Shown: in pieces, positions 29,101-42,400 of the stretch
Numbering within the stretch: the first letter of the stretch is position 1
Layout: each line of letters starts with the position of its first letter
Assembly (NCBI GenBank): GCA_000708835.1
Contig: DF237151.1
Span: 82,592 to 146,591, forward strand
Direction of reading: 5' to 3'
Origin: Klebsormidium nitens
Taxonomy: Eukaryota; Plantae; Klebsormidiophyceae
Length of the DNA stretch: 64,000 nucleotides
Made by a program: the position numbers and the translations under genes
The notes under the pieces: model-generated
The model's database searches: none
What the model saw: the letters and a program-made list of their open reading frames with translations, nothing else
Told to the model about the DNA's origin: nothing

Positions 29101-31199
29101 GGGCTGGTTTTGGTTTGTGCTCGCCCACTGCATCCTAGAACCAATAAACAATCAATTTTAGGGGACGCCCTTTCTAAACCGGCCCTTATTAGGTTAACGT
29201 GTTAGCAAAACGCCCACAAGTTGTTTGAAGCCGCAATCTAAGATTGAGCCTTTTATTCACTGACGTCGGGCCTCAGATTGCTTCGGGGACCCAATTAAAT
29301 ATGCCAGGAGGCCCCAAGAGAATGTTTCGAACGTGAGACACCTTCTTTGGACAAAAAATGAAGGGCTTATAGCAGCGTCGGTGAGCAAGTAGCCAAGCAG
29401 TGAGGCGCCAGTTCAATGGTCTCGCAGACATCGGCACTCATCCTCGCTGCTTAAAATAGGCTGTTTCTGCAACGCGCATCCCACATATTGCCAAGAACGA
29501 ACCCTCGGTCCGCCATATATACAGAAATGTCAAAGGTGATGATTGCACAGAGGGCCCAACTAGCGAATCACGCAACACGGTCGAGCCGTTCGAGGAAGAA
29601 TTGAGCCGAATCAAACGTCAAGTTGAACGTTTCTTGAAACCATCAAAAACTAGACTGAGTAGGTACCAGTGCAACCGACTGGGCCGCTGGGAAAGAAAAG
29701 TAAAAAAGCCAGATTCTAGTCTTTCAGCAGATTCTAGAGAGTTGTGGCGACTGACAGATGCCGAGACTAGATCTTTGCCGGATAAATTTGGGGTCATGCA
29801 GTCAAACGGGTGCCCTCTTATAGCTCGGTCTAACACTGGACTAGCCAAATTGCAATGGTAACATTAGCACAAGAAGTACCTCTGTGAGCCTGGGCGCTGT
29901 TTAAACGTGCGCGCCCATTGCTAACGATGCACTACGTCCGCTTTCACACGATTATCTGACGTGCCCGTCTTTGATGACGACTTGACGGCCATGGAAGGAA
30001 ACGCAAAAAGGTGGAGTTGTGTCACACGGAATCTTGCGTTGGGTTGGGCGTCGAGAGACGTCAACAAGGTGGAGGATATCTTGAGCCGACAAGGAGTGGC
30101 CGACTCGCGACTCTCAAAGGCAATGGATCTTGGATTATCACTACTCTGCCGGCCAACGACGTTATACCATCCATTCATTATACCATCGGCCCTGCTATCT
30201 TTCGGCTACACGTACCAGCACTTGACCAATTCCCGGTACGTGAGAGGTGCGGTAACGCGTTCATCAAGATCAGAGTGTCAGAGATGCACAACTGAGATAC
30301 TATTGGGCATGCAGATCGCCGCCCAGTTCAGCGGTGCACATCACTGCTTCTGGGCAGGGGTTTCTGAATATCATGAACTGGCCATCATTCCAAGAGAGAG
30401 TTAGTACTGCGCCTTGTGTTGGATCACCGCTGGTCCAAAAACATTGTGGATCGGCGCAACCAACACGCGTATTCTTTCAATATCACGCCCGACCCAGAGT
30501 TTAAGGGTTTATCAGCAACGCCACCAGCCAACGTCATCAAAGCCGTCTTTACACCTGGCCGACCTTTCCTCTCGGGCGCGTATTGGGTCTCATGGCCACT
30601 GTCGAGGACCGAGTTCTACCGTAGGCGCTTCCGAGACTTCCTGGCACGCCAACGGTCACGCCTACCCAGTTAAAAGCGTCAAGCCTGCGTTACGCAACAG
30701 CTTCGGGAGGAGAAGGCCAAAGATGGGGCGCGGGGCGCAATCCGGCTACTCCAAAGTGATTGGCATTCGTTATCGCTGCTCTTACTCCACTAAGAGAACA
30801 AATGAGGCGATCGCGCAATACAGTCAGTCAGATTCTAGGGAACCGTGGTCAAGCTGCCATGGATGATATCGTAGACGGATGAGGTAAGCAAAATGTGTAG
30901 GACCAGCTCGAAGCTCGAGAGCCCTCGAGCTAGTTGATTTACTACCAGAGTGCTGCAACTTACGCGATCAATTATTGAACTGCCCGGCAGCCTGCTTTGA
31001 CATGTCAGCGCTAATTCCCAAAAGAAGAGACCAGACCAACGAGGAGAACGAAGCAGCTGCCAGGAATCGTATTGCGGCCTTGAGATGACTCGGACGTCTT
31101 TCGTCAGAGTTCTCTCTTGCAGCTGGAACTTCAGCCCAGAAACAAACAGCAAAGCGTCAGCATCATAAGCCACAGACCCACCTTGAGGCAAGAAGCCCC

Positions 31200-34100
31200 T
31201 TTTCCTTATATACATCACAGCCAGATAAGGTGAATCTACGAGCTTCATCCGTAAGCGCGAAACACCATTCGAAGGATCTTTCGAATCTAATAAGAGAAGT
31301 CGGCCAAGCTTTATGTCAGAAAAACAGGGCGATCGGACGAAGAGATTGAAACAGCTTCATGTATGCAGCCTTAGAAGAGACGTTGGCAGGATCAGCCCTC
31401 CTCCAACGACCAAAAGACAGTAAGTCCACTTGTATAGTCGCTGTTAAACCGCCACGATATCGTATTGGCGGCGAAACAACAGCGCTGCTAGCGCTGTCGT
31501 CATCTGGCAAACTCCCACAATTGCGTTTGCCGACGCCCTCCTTTGAGCCCTTTCTTCACTGATTTTGGGCCTCGATCAGGTTAGCAAAGCTTATATGTGC
31601 AGTAAAAGGCTTCGTACTGACGACAGCAACTTTCAAATGGACTGAAAGGATTTCGGATGATTACGGCAGCGTCGGGGCCCAAATGATGACACAACACTTG
31701 AAACCTTGGACGTAAACAAACGGTCTCCCAAGAAGGAGCCCTCATCATTGCTGCTTATAACTAGTAGCTCGCATAGATTTGCGCGTGTTCAGTTTGTATC
31801 AACAACGAACACTGGGTCAGCGGCGAAAATATTTTGTAGATGGTGATGAATGTACAGGGCTCATGAAGAAAGAAAAGCGTGTAGCCGCACAAATCCGAGC
31901 TGCTCCCAGATCGACCAACCGTTTCGAGAAACATGATGAACCCTATCACAGCCCAACATGAGAAGCAGGCTCGCCAAGTCCGAGCCCAGTAAAAGATTCC
32001 ATCAATTGCTTTCGGATAGCCTCTACCAACGCGGACGTTAGATTGAGAGTATTCAGTGTTTCACCAAAGAAAGGCATGTCAGGCAAGCCGCATCTTTGCC
32101 AGCCTGTCATAAGAAGTACTTTGAAACATCAGCACAGTGGTGCATCGGAACATCTTTGAGGCGGGGCCCAGCTAGCTCTGTTAGTGCATCACTGCTTCGA
32201 GTCCCTCACAAACACCCGTCTTCATAGAAATTGGTTGTTCACGTGAAAGCAGAAGGGTTGAGGTTGCAAGTCCGAAGCAAGCGAAACACGCGACTCTCTC
32301 AAGCTGATGCTTTATGACCAGAGTAACGCAGTCGCTGCAGCACAAATAGAAGTGATCGATGGCCTGTGCGGCAGCCAGCTTAATGACCAGCTAGCGCTTG
32401 TAGAAAAACAGATGACGGGGACAATAAGGAGATTGAAGATTTTATTAGCACCCATCCAACGGCAACATATACGATTTGGGAAATTACGCGAGAGCCGAAA
32501 GACGTTCGACTTAAAGGAGATGACACTGAAGGGCATAGGAACGTGGCGTCAGCATCGAAGCTGTATGAGGCAACATATTTAACGCCCCATCATTTCAATT
32601 GAGCGCATCACAGCCAGAAAATCCGACCTACTTATAGCGTCTTGGTAACCGAAACGCCTGCTAAAGAATCTTTTTTGACCCGAAAGGGAGAAGTGGAACA
32701 CTTTGATGACAGGGCACCCTTTGGGAGCTGATTTTTGACATAGAAAGCAGGTTCGTGTCTATATCGTCTACAAAACGAGATCAGAATAGTATAAGAATAG
32801 TTATTTTTGTTCTGCGACCAAGAACTGAGTTTTGTGCTCCCCTGGTCGCTATTACCTGCCACGTGACCAGATCGACGAATCGGCGCCGACCACATCAGCG
32901 CGCTACTGCTGTCACGCAAACGCCCCCGAATCTATCCGCCAACGACAATGCTCCAATCTGGCCATCTCAGGGTGCTGGCGTTGGGCCACAAGATTGACAA
33001 AAAGTAATAAACTGGAGCGTCATCACAGCATTCGATGGGCCATGTCTCAAGAACAAGAACAAGAACAAGAAGAAGTGGAGGATGGACCACAGCAGCGTCG
33101 GTGCATGCAAAGAGTCATCAACGACTGGGGTCGCCATTTGTCGGTCTTCCCAAAGTCGGCACTCGTCATGGCTGCTTGCACGTCTCGAAGCTGTTTAGCT
33201 TGTGTCCAGCAATCAGCGTTGGGAACGTACAACTTTGAACGGTAATGATTCATTGAGCTTTTCTTAGAAGCAATGACGAATTGGCGAAGCTTGTTTAAAA
33301 TGCACACCGGGGTATGGATAAGCGGCCAAACCAATCTTAAAATTTCTGGACCGTATTCGTGCAGTAAGTGAAGCGTTTGTACCGCCTCTGACAAAACAAA
33401 ATCTTCAATTCGGATTGGAACGATCCGTACCACCTCAATTACTATCGACCCAAAGCTTACGTCCACAACGTGACCTATTTCCGAAACACTAAAGAGGCGG
33501 TGCAATAAAGTGTCCTCGAGATCAAGCGTCAAAGACACAATCTCTGACATTTGGGCTTTCCACAACGCCCAGTTTGGCGACGAACATCGCTGCTTCCAGG
33601 CAAGTTCTCCAGAATAGCATCAAGAAATGGCCATTAACTGCATCCAAGAACGTTAGCATCGCCTGTGGAGACTTGGCCGGACCACAATCAAATATCCCGG
33701 TAGCATAGTTTGATACAACGTGCGTGTATTTGCACCTGAGGCGAAAGAAGAGTTGGAATTCCAGCTACGCCGCTAGTCAACTTTCTAACTCCCTCTTCAC
33801 ACCCGGTCGGTCGGGCTTTCCTCCGAGGCTGATGTTGGGTCTTGTTATCACTAAGGAGGACTTTATGAAGGGCTACCGAAAGCTGCTGACGCGCATGCTC
33901 TGTCTGCATTATTGCAATTCGGCATCGGGAGGATAAAGTGTCAAATGGGGCGCCTATTGAATACTCCCAAATCTTTGGCACCCGTCATTGCTGCTTGCAT
34001 GCAATCTGAACACCAAAGCCTCGCGAAGAACAGTCCCTCAAACGGCACGGGCTTCGTACAACGATGCAAGCGGACGAAGTCTTCTAACGTTTTTAGCTCG

Positions 34101-35400
34101 CCCCGACCATATCACCAACCCGACCAAAGCGACCTACTCAAGCTGGATGATCAAAGCACCAGACGACCGCAGAGGGCTGCAGCACTACGTTAACACTGAG
34201 CTGCGACAAGCCTGCTTGGCGTACAAGCGCTTACTGATGAAACAGAGAGAGTACGAACTTCAGACCAGACGCAAAAAAGTATCACGTCGACCGAGCGGCT
34301 ATGTAATCTAGGCGCGAGACGCCAAAAATGCTACTTAAGTATTCGAATCTTGACCTGGAACGCCAGCTTAGGGAACAAGAAAGAAAGCATCAGCATGCAC
34401 GGGATGTCGAATTCATTTGAGGCAAGCACAAACTGCCCCCCCGTTTCTTTGGGTGCATCACAGCCAGACAAATCGGATTTACCAAAGTGTTTTGTAACTG
34501 CGAGATGCTGGAGAGAATAAAACAAAGCTTTTGAGTTCAAAGTAGTAAGTCAACTGAGAGTTGCATGCACCTCAAAGAGCGGGCTCTTATTACCAAGAAT
34601 TGTTTCTTGACAGTAAGAGAGGGCGTCATGTATGCAGCCTTAGAAAACGACGTCGGCCTCGGAGTGTGTTGCGCGGACCTGATCATCTGCGAAGGTCGCC
34701 AGAAGATTTCCAAACGCGCACAACCAAAAACGCGGTCTTCCAAGAACAACAGGTTTGGGAATAGAGCAGCATCGGAGCCCAAATGATGGACAACCAGAGG
34801 TGAGGGTCTCTCAGAAAGTGGTACTCTTCATCGCCGCTTGCAACTCGGTGGCTCTTCTAACAAGTGTGTCCATTATTTGGTAAGAACGAGATTCAATGGG
34901 TTAGCATTCAAGGATTCAAACGTGTGATATATGCACAGGTTTGACGCCGGGGAAACGAAGGTGGCACCATACAATCGAGCTCGTCCAGTTGGAAGAACAG
35001 CAACTGTAGCAATCAACCGTTTATAAACTAGCCTGAGAAGTGCAGACAAATCGCCGCTGAGAAAACAGATTCCTCAAAGCAGCGGCCCAACATGAATCTT
35101 CTGGGCGACTTTCGAGGAGGTCCTGGTTGAAAGAAACCTTAGCGCGCGCGTATATCCAACCGATATCAACAGATTAGTGTCGGTGTCTCCTGAGAAAGTA
35201 TTTCGAATCGTTTTGCCACGACATCAGGGGACTTTGAAGCATCAGCACGACAATCCCACACGTGCGTGAGGCATTGAGTGAACATTCGCGCCCCAGCTAT
35301 GACGGTGCATCATGACTTTCCAAAGGATCAGCAATGCGGCAACTTGTTCGATCCGGCTGTAGAGCAATGACGAACTCGAGGTCACCTGTTTCGCCAAAAG
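31200..35400 (-). repeat. Two older, more diverged paralogs of block A exons
   Basis: ttacctgccac...ggcg(c/g)cgacc at 32850 matches 14461 and 27276. catgtatgcagccttagaa occurs at 31358 and 34628. 30540-30570 resembles 33795-33825 (acacc(t/c)gg...ctttcctc). Confidence 0.65.
33048..33071 (+). repeat. (CAAGAA)4 microsatellite
   Basis: caagaacaagaacaagaacaagaa read directly. Confidence 0.85.
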
Positions 35401-38400
35401 CGTCGGCAATCTGGGTACTGACAGGCACCCACGATCGGCTGGAAGGAGGGTTTGGAGCCCACAAGAGGCGGGACATTGTGGGAGAAGTATTAGGGGTCAG
35501 TCTCCAACGCTTTTCGTCCCTGGATATCAGCCCAACTATTTCGTGATTCTCGGGGCTCATGGTCGACCTAAGTAGACTCCAGCAAGCGACAAAAGCCGCA
35601 TTCCAGCGAATCTTATAAATGGAAACAAAGAGGAGCGGGTGTGAATTTTCTTCCTCCGTCAAGAAATTGCTTTGGTCAGTACATCCGTCTGCATGAAGCT
35701 TAGCACAACAGCGCCGATCAAAACTGACAGCTTGAAGTCTCTTTGCAAGGATATCGACCACAATGGCATCAGAAGCGAAACTGCGTCTGCTTGTGGCGCC
35801 ATCAACGTCACGTGCACCTCAGACGTTCGCTTTCGTCACGCCCTTTCAAGACTTTGCAACTTTACAGTCCCCGTGCTCTCTTGAGAAAGCTAAGAGCAAC
35901 GGAGACGCCAGTACGTCCGGAGAGGCCAGATAAGCTCATCCCTACACCGTCAAATCTGGCTGTTAAAGGATTCTGGCTGCCCACAACATGCAGAACACCA
36001 TCAACTTTTGACCAACATGTAAAAAATTCAGGAGGACCATGTCGATCGAATCAGGCCCGAAAAGGCGAACTTGTCTGGCGAAGCTTCTCGCTGGAGCGTG
36101 GCCAGCTCGGAATGACTGCTTAGCCCCACAAATTTAAGAACCATTAAAAGGTCCGTACGTTTTGACGCCGGGAATTGGTGGAAATGCAGAACAAAATCTT
36201 TTCGTGAAGCGTGTGCCCCAAACGAGCTTGCAACAAGCTTCAAGGCCACGATCAAAGGCTCGTTACTTTGCGAGCTGACTTCGCTTGAAGGTTGCGGCCG
36301 GGCGCCATCATAGCCAGGCTCTTCTTGTTGCCAGGTGCACAGCACAACCAGCTAACTGCACATTGTGTGGCGAAAGATGTATCCACCCTGGGTGTGCATT
36401 GCGTGATTTGCATGCATTCGAGTATACTTTCCGAGGGTGGTCCTGAGCGTCAGCACGCAACTCGTCCTTGAGGCGCAGATTGTCAGGTGCCCCAATCTCG
36501 CGTGCGCATCATAGCTGGCCGGAACACGCATATTACCTCCGTGTGAGGGTCTTGATGCGAACGGGAGGAAGACAAGCCTTGGCCCATATTCTTCAAAGTC
36601 CAGAGTTTGCAGCGTGCACGAGGCATCCGTCTATAGTCGGATAATATTTGGACCCCACGAACAGTGCAAAAAACGGCTTTTCCCAAGCGTACCCGAAACT
36701 TCACTCTGCTTAAGCGTCTGGCTCGCGCATTTTGCTTAAGCAGAAAGTCCGTGGGTTCGAGAAGAATAGGGAGCCGCTTAAAAGGAGCGAGCACGAATCT
36801 GAGTGAAAGAATCGTGCGATCAAACGTACTCGTGGCATCTAACTGACGCCATCAACTGGGGCAACCATCGTTTATGGCCCCAGTATTGCGAACATTTTCA
36901 TTGCCAGTGCTACTCGAGAAGAGTCAAAAGCACAATAAACCTCGAGGTCTCTGTAGCGTCCCCTATAGGGAATCAGGGCGCACAGAGACGTCTCCCGCCA
37001 GGCTCAAGCCGGGCTGGGCTAACACTCAACGGAGAAAGGCGTGCGAGGCATGTTAAACATGACCCCCAGGGTTTCAGCGGGTCTTACCCTAACCACAGCG
37101 TCAAAGTGGTTGTACAAAAGGCGAATTGGCGTGATGGCCGAGAAAAGGACGCCACAAAAAAGAGCAGAAGCGAGGAGTCCCAGGGAAAACTTAGGTGGCA
37201 AGCCGACGGCAACCTGAACTTGGATGAACGTGAAGGGTGCGAACAGAGAAAGGGCGTGAGAGAAACGAGAAAAAATGCCGTGACTCAGGGTTGGGATATA
37301 AAGAGATTGAATCACGACAACGAATTGCTACCACATGCAGGCAGAGAGAAGATACTAGATAAACCAAAAACACAGCAATTGAGGCTGCCAGAATCAGAAA
37401 CGAGGCCTTTCGACGGTCCCTCACACGGTGCGATTTGCTAAAACTTCGAAAGGTGGAACCGCAACGTTTGAGATAGTGCGGATGTAGAGTTGTGGGTGCT
37501 AAACGCATTCGCATAAGATTGTGGCTGCCCATGCACTAGTCATCGTTTGCCACAGGGTGTTTGAAGCGCGGCCTGTTCCATTTGAGGCATAAACCCGACA
37601 ACGTTTCCAAGAGGATTGCCTAAGCATCATAGAAACAGTCGGGCAGACGCGCGACGGTAGCAACAACCCACAGCCGATTCGCTGTTTTGTGTATGCGGCA
37701 CGTGGACTGGGCAGTGAGGCTCGTCCCAATAGCGGTAGATCGAGACGAGAGCACGGAATCGGATTTGCATCCGGAACGGGCCGTGAGAAACAATGGGCGC
37801 TTTGAGCGTCAGCTTGTTTGACAGCACAGTGAAGGACAAAGGGTGCAACTTCCAGCACGCGGCTAGGAGAGAGCCTGCTGAGTCTCTCACTTGGAATTCA
37901 ACATCTGTCAGTCTACTTTCAACGAGACAATCCTTAATGCTCAATATCTCGTGCCAAACCATTACAGCATCAGCAACACCAAGTTAGAGACTGAAGCCCT
38001 TGCTGGCAATGCTTCAGTCCTGGTCGTGCATCATTACTGTCAAGCCAGTGGGGCGTAGACGACTACGCACGAGAACAACTAGAGCTGTGACTGGCCTCAG
38101 CAGAAAGAATACATGAAGCATGGCCTCCACGAGGACGCCACATTCAACCCTCATAAGCCAGTACGATACCCGCAGCTCAGACTGGCCGTTAGAAGGTTGG
38201 GGCTCGTGATCTGACTCTGTTAAGAGTGTTGCGGGGATGTGCACAGATCAATTCGGCACTTCGCTCGTCAAAATATGGCTCGTTCAACGACGTACTTGAA
38301 TTGAACTGGGCCGGCAACACAAGGAACAGTGAAACCGGACCCCAAAAGACTGGGTGCTTTAATTTACTAGAGGGGTATTTTCAAGGCGCGACTTTGAAGC

Positions 38401-39424
38401 TTCCAATAAAGGTAGTTCAGATCTTTGATCTGGAAGGGGTTGCCAATAATCAAGCAATGTGTTTACAGGCGGGATGCAAGATTCAAGGGATAAAGCTAGA
38501 CGGCAATGCTTGGACACCAGTGCAAGGTGCCCACGTTGTTGGTTCTCCAAAGAACGGACCTTTGACAAAACAATGCAAGCACAAAGCGCAAGGAAAAGCT
38601 CTAGTTCAAACATTCAGACCCGAGTTTTACAGGTGATTGCACGTGGACGAGCATGTGAGGAGGGAAAGCCAGGGGCACGAAAGGGATCGTACAACGTGCT
38701 AGAGAAAAGCGAGTTTTCATAATACCGATGGAAATGGGATTGCAGACTGGTTTGCATGATTGTGTCTGCTGAGAGTTTGAAGTTGCAGCATCATCGAATT
38801 GCCGGCTCGAAGGGTCGAAGACGGAGATGACCAGTACAGGTCAGTCGGGCAGCACGAATCATTGCTACGCCCTTCCAAAAAAGTATGCAAACGGTATGCG
38901 TAGTCAAGTGCATCAACCAAAAAGGAATTTGAGCACCAGCGTAAAGCTGAAGGCGACGATACATGCAGATAAACGGGTTAGACGCTGTGAATGCCCTCCG
39001 ACAGTTTACGATGAAACAGGTTTGTGAAGGTAGGTATGTTGCGATACGAAGATAGTAAGAATGTAAAAGCGGCCCAGTCTCCGGTTTGGGAGGGAAGGTC
39101 ATCCTTCCAAGCTTAGTCGTCATCCATCGGGGTAGCTGTTCTTTAAAAGTGGCGCCGAATCCGACGCAATGTTTTTTAGCCCTTGACGTCGCCTTCTCCA
39201 TCAGCTTAATCTGCTTCATTCTCATCCACCAACGACGTCTAACGCATATCAGACTCTCACACATGACCATTGCGGGAAAGGCGTTGAGGCAGGAATGGAA
39301 TATTCAGAAGACGGTCAGACCATCAGTCCGTTCGATCCCTTCATTTTATGAGATCCTAATGAAGTTTCGGTGTCAATTCATCTTTGACACCGACACTTGT
39401 TCCACCACCTATTATAGGCTTGCC

Positions 39425-42400
39425 TCATCCGTCCATGTCATACGACTCCGCCCTGCTGCTCGTCTGCGTGCTCCGCTCCTTCATGTTGTGCATCTGCTCC
39501 TGCAACCGCTGACGTGTGCACGTGCCGGCTAGCCACCGCTGCTTCGTGTAGTTCTGCGAGGAGCCACGTCAGCAGTGACGTCAGACATGGGAGGAGTGGA
39601 TGTGAAGATCACAAGCAGAACATGTACCGGTTGGATTCCAGGGCTGGCAGAACCTAGCAACCCTGGAGACTAGAAAACTTAGCAACCCTGAAAGACTACA
39701 GCTTTTGACACTGTCAAGAAGCTTTTCCACCGTCACAACTTTACGACGACCTGCTGACTGGTGAGAGTATTGCCAGCAGATACTATGACAGCTGGCAGCC
39801 AAGCGGCTGCGACCTTAAGTGTCAAGAGCATCTACCGTCCTGGATTTCACGAAGCGAATAGAGGAAGGAATAGAGAAGACAAATACTGCAAGGCCTGCCG
39901 TCTGATCAAACTGTAGACTTCAAGGTGGCTTCTTTTGAGTACAATCTGAAAAGATCATGCCAACGCAGCCAGCAAACGCATATGAGTGCGCTGTCCACAC
40001 TCACCCGCGTTGGAAGAGCCTCCGCCAGAGCGAACGACACGGCAACCGGGTCGGTGACGTCTGCAGAGAGGACCTTGTCTCGTCGCCACTCCTGGAAGTG
40101 ACGTAAGCAGACGGAGGGTCAGTATCCGATTCTAAAAACCATTTTTGGAAGATTTACGGCATAGTGCAGATCTGCAAGGCCACACTGGACGACCATACTG
40201 CGCCGCCCTTCTTGAGAATTTTTTGAATCCAAGCCGAACAGTTTTTAACACAGCGCAAAGACGGGGAGTACGTAATGCGTTCTCCGTTTCCACAGAGACA
40301 GCCGCAGAGCATCAACGTTACCCAAAGCTCCACCCGACCGTCACGCTATATACACCGCAACTCTTCCTTGAACAACAGCTGCGCCAGCCGGGCTCACCCT
40401 CTTCCGCACCCTTCAATCAGGAGAGCCTTCAATAAAGCCTTCGAAAGCCCTCACATCCGCAAGCCTTTTGTCTAATAGCTCCACGAATCGGATCCTTCCT
40501 GTTGTCTCCAATGAGGTCATGCGGGATACAATAAGATTCAAAGAGCTGAAGTGCAGACACTAAAACTCCCCAGGGTTCCAAAGTGCCGCCCGACGCAAAA
40601 TCCTCAAGACCGCAACAACCGGCCTTAATCTTTTCACTTACATTAGGGTAGCTCCGTCGAAAGAGCGCTATGCTCCGCCGCGCAAGCCCGATGAGCTCTT
40701 CCCGCTCCCGGTCGCTGGTGCATGGCTCGTCGTCAAAGAACTCCACCTCAGCAACGTACAAGCCAAAACTCGACGGAGGCACCCATATCCTGCGGCAGAA
40801 AAAGATCACTCGGTGAAGCCAGGGTGTCAAAGAGCAATTGGGGGCCGAGTATGCTGTGACGTGGTTCCAAAGAGTGCAGTGAAATCTTCGATCAAAACCA
40901 CAGAAGATCCATCTCAGGCCAATTATGGCCGAAGCTCGACGGGGGGCTCGAGATATCCTGTGACAGAAAACGACCGGTATGTTCGGAGGGTGCATCCTTC
41001 GGTATAGGGGGTGGAATTGTTTGGACACGGTCTCGAGCAGGAACTTGCATGAAAGAAAATAAGCGGCAGCGGGCATGCAAGCCCAAAGTTAAGGAGCGCT
41101 TTCGTATCATTGGACTCTGTGAATGTGGTGCTATGTTACTAATTTATCTGTCCTGTGAAAGATTTGACGCAAGATGGACGTGTTAAAGCTATTGAAAGGT
41201 GTTTCCTGCTCTCAAGCGGCTCCCTTCGGGAAGTCAGGTTGTCGACAGGAGCTTCAACTCGACGATGTGAAAGGAGCTCGCAAATTTCTGTGTACACAAA
41301 CAGCAGAAGAGACAGTATTCCTTTCTCAGGTAGAAATTCAAGGCTTGAGGCTTGCCATTCACAGTCCGGTTCCCAAAGAAAAACTGATAAGACATCCCCG
41401 TGCTCTGATCTGAGTGGCCTTTGCGTGACCTCAGCATAGTAAAACGAGAAACGAGTACAGCAAAAGCAGATTCTCGGAGTTTGGTCACATTTTATTTTAC
41501 CAGTCTTGATCGAACTTATTTACCCTAGGTCGGGCCTGGAGGTCCAGTACCAGGTGTCGTTTTGAAAAACCTCGTAACTTACTCGCACCTTACATTTCGA
41601 CACGTGGCACCCGCTGGCCGGATCATCTAGACCTCTCAGACATAATCCAAAAGCCCGTGCACCGTACGACCTTCAGTTGAGACTACGGCCGCTTCCTAGG
41701 ATCACATCACTTGCTCACCTGGGCGTTTTAAGGCGAAACCGCTGCAGCCCGTGCAACTCTACATTCGACCGAAAGGCCTCGTCGTACTCAATAACGTCAA
41801 TGGACGCGGCAGTTCCGACGATCTGGCCCGTGGCGGGATCGGGGTCTAGGGAGCACACGCCGAGCGGGCTGCCTTCCTCGACACAGTGTCTAGCCTGCAC
41901 GTTGGAGCAAGCATTCCTTTCTTTTCATGGGCAGGCGAAAGAATGACGTATCCTTCTTGCCTGAAAACGAATCCAAAGCACGCAGAAGTGTCGACGGTTC
42001 AACCCGTGGCGAGGGGTAGAGAGCACACGTTGAGCGGGCTGCCAAGAGCAATATTTTGCCTGGAGTTGAAGTAAGCGATCTCAATCCTTTCAGGTTCTGC
42101 CGGAAGCCTCTTGAATCTCGTTGCTGTGTGACTGAAAATCGATAGCGGAAATTTCCTGACTTTAACGTCCGTGGTCGGATCAACATCAGCGAGCCGTGCC
42201 GGGCGGAACAACCCTTATCAAAGCTTAGCTTGCAGATGGAGTTAGCTCTTCCCAAGAACTGCAGAAGCTGCTGATAAGCGCGTACAATTGGTCTCCTCTC
42301 CTTCACAGGGTTTTTGGTCGCGAAATTGCTTTGAAGGTCCTCTCACTCCCTCCCTTGTCTAGCGAGACTTTGGCAGCCTCAGACTACAGTGCTTCTTCTA

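Larger units (their letters stand above)
13760..39130 (-). pseudogene. Cluster of duplicated, degenerate multi-exon LRR-type (possibly F-box/LRR) genes
   Basis: Minus-strand remnants: LTFPILEVLSW (~14120), FFSLTSLRLNDL (~17290), QTLPIYNCPPPLLPSSVERLEVSSC (~22680-22740), YLETLGVCCCLTVL (~23440), GLTSLKLPKF (~28190), IVSLTLDL...AVQTLHLL...LNKLRQFVI (33250-33543), VRTLHVHPSSGCRRL (~37220), and an F-box-like YYLRIATYLPSQ...NCRR (~39000-39060). There are several mutually homologous copies and many frame disruptions. Confidence 0.6.

Noticed and set aside
14340-34700. Plus-strand ankyrin-like words (MYAALE(G/N)DV, ALVIAA)
   Set aside because: ALVIAA is the translation of the intron-element box GTCATYGCTGC. 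Longer stop-free frames, splice signals and LRR words are all on the minus strand.
37019-37315. Hydrophobic minus ORF suggesting a membrane (MBOAT-like) protein
   Set aside because: No diagnostic motif. An overlapping frame carries LRR-like words consistent with the surrounding relics.
40395-40420. Possible 13-nt micro-exon (ttgaag|GGTGCGGAAGAGG|gtgagc) in a LON-gene intron
   Set aside because: It would shift the frame, and the flanking exons already join in phase without it.
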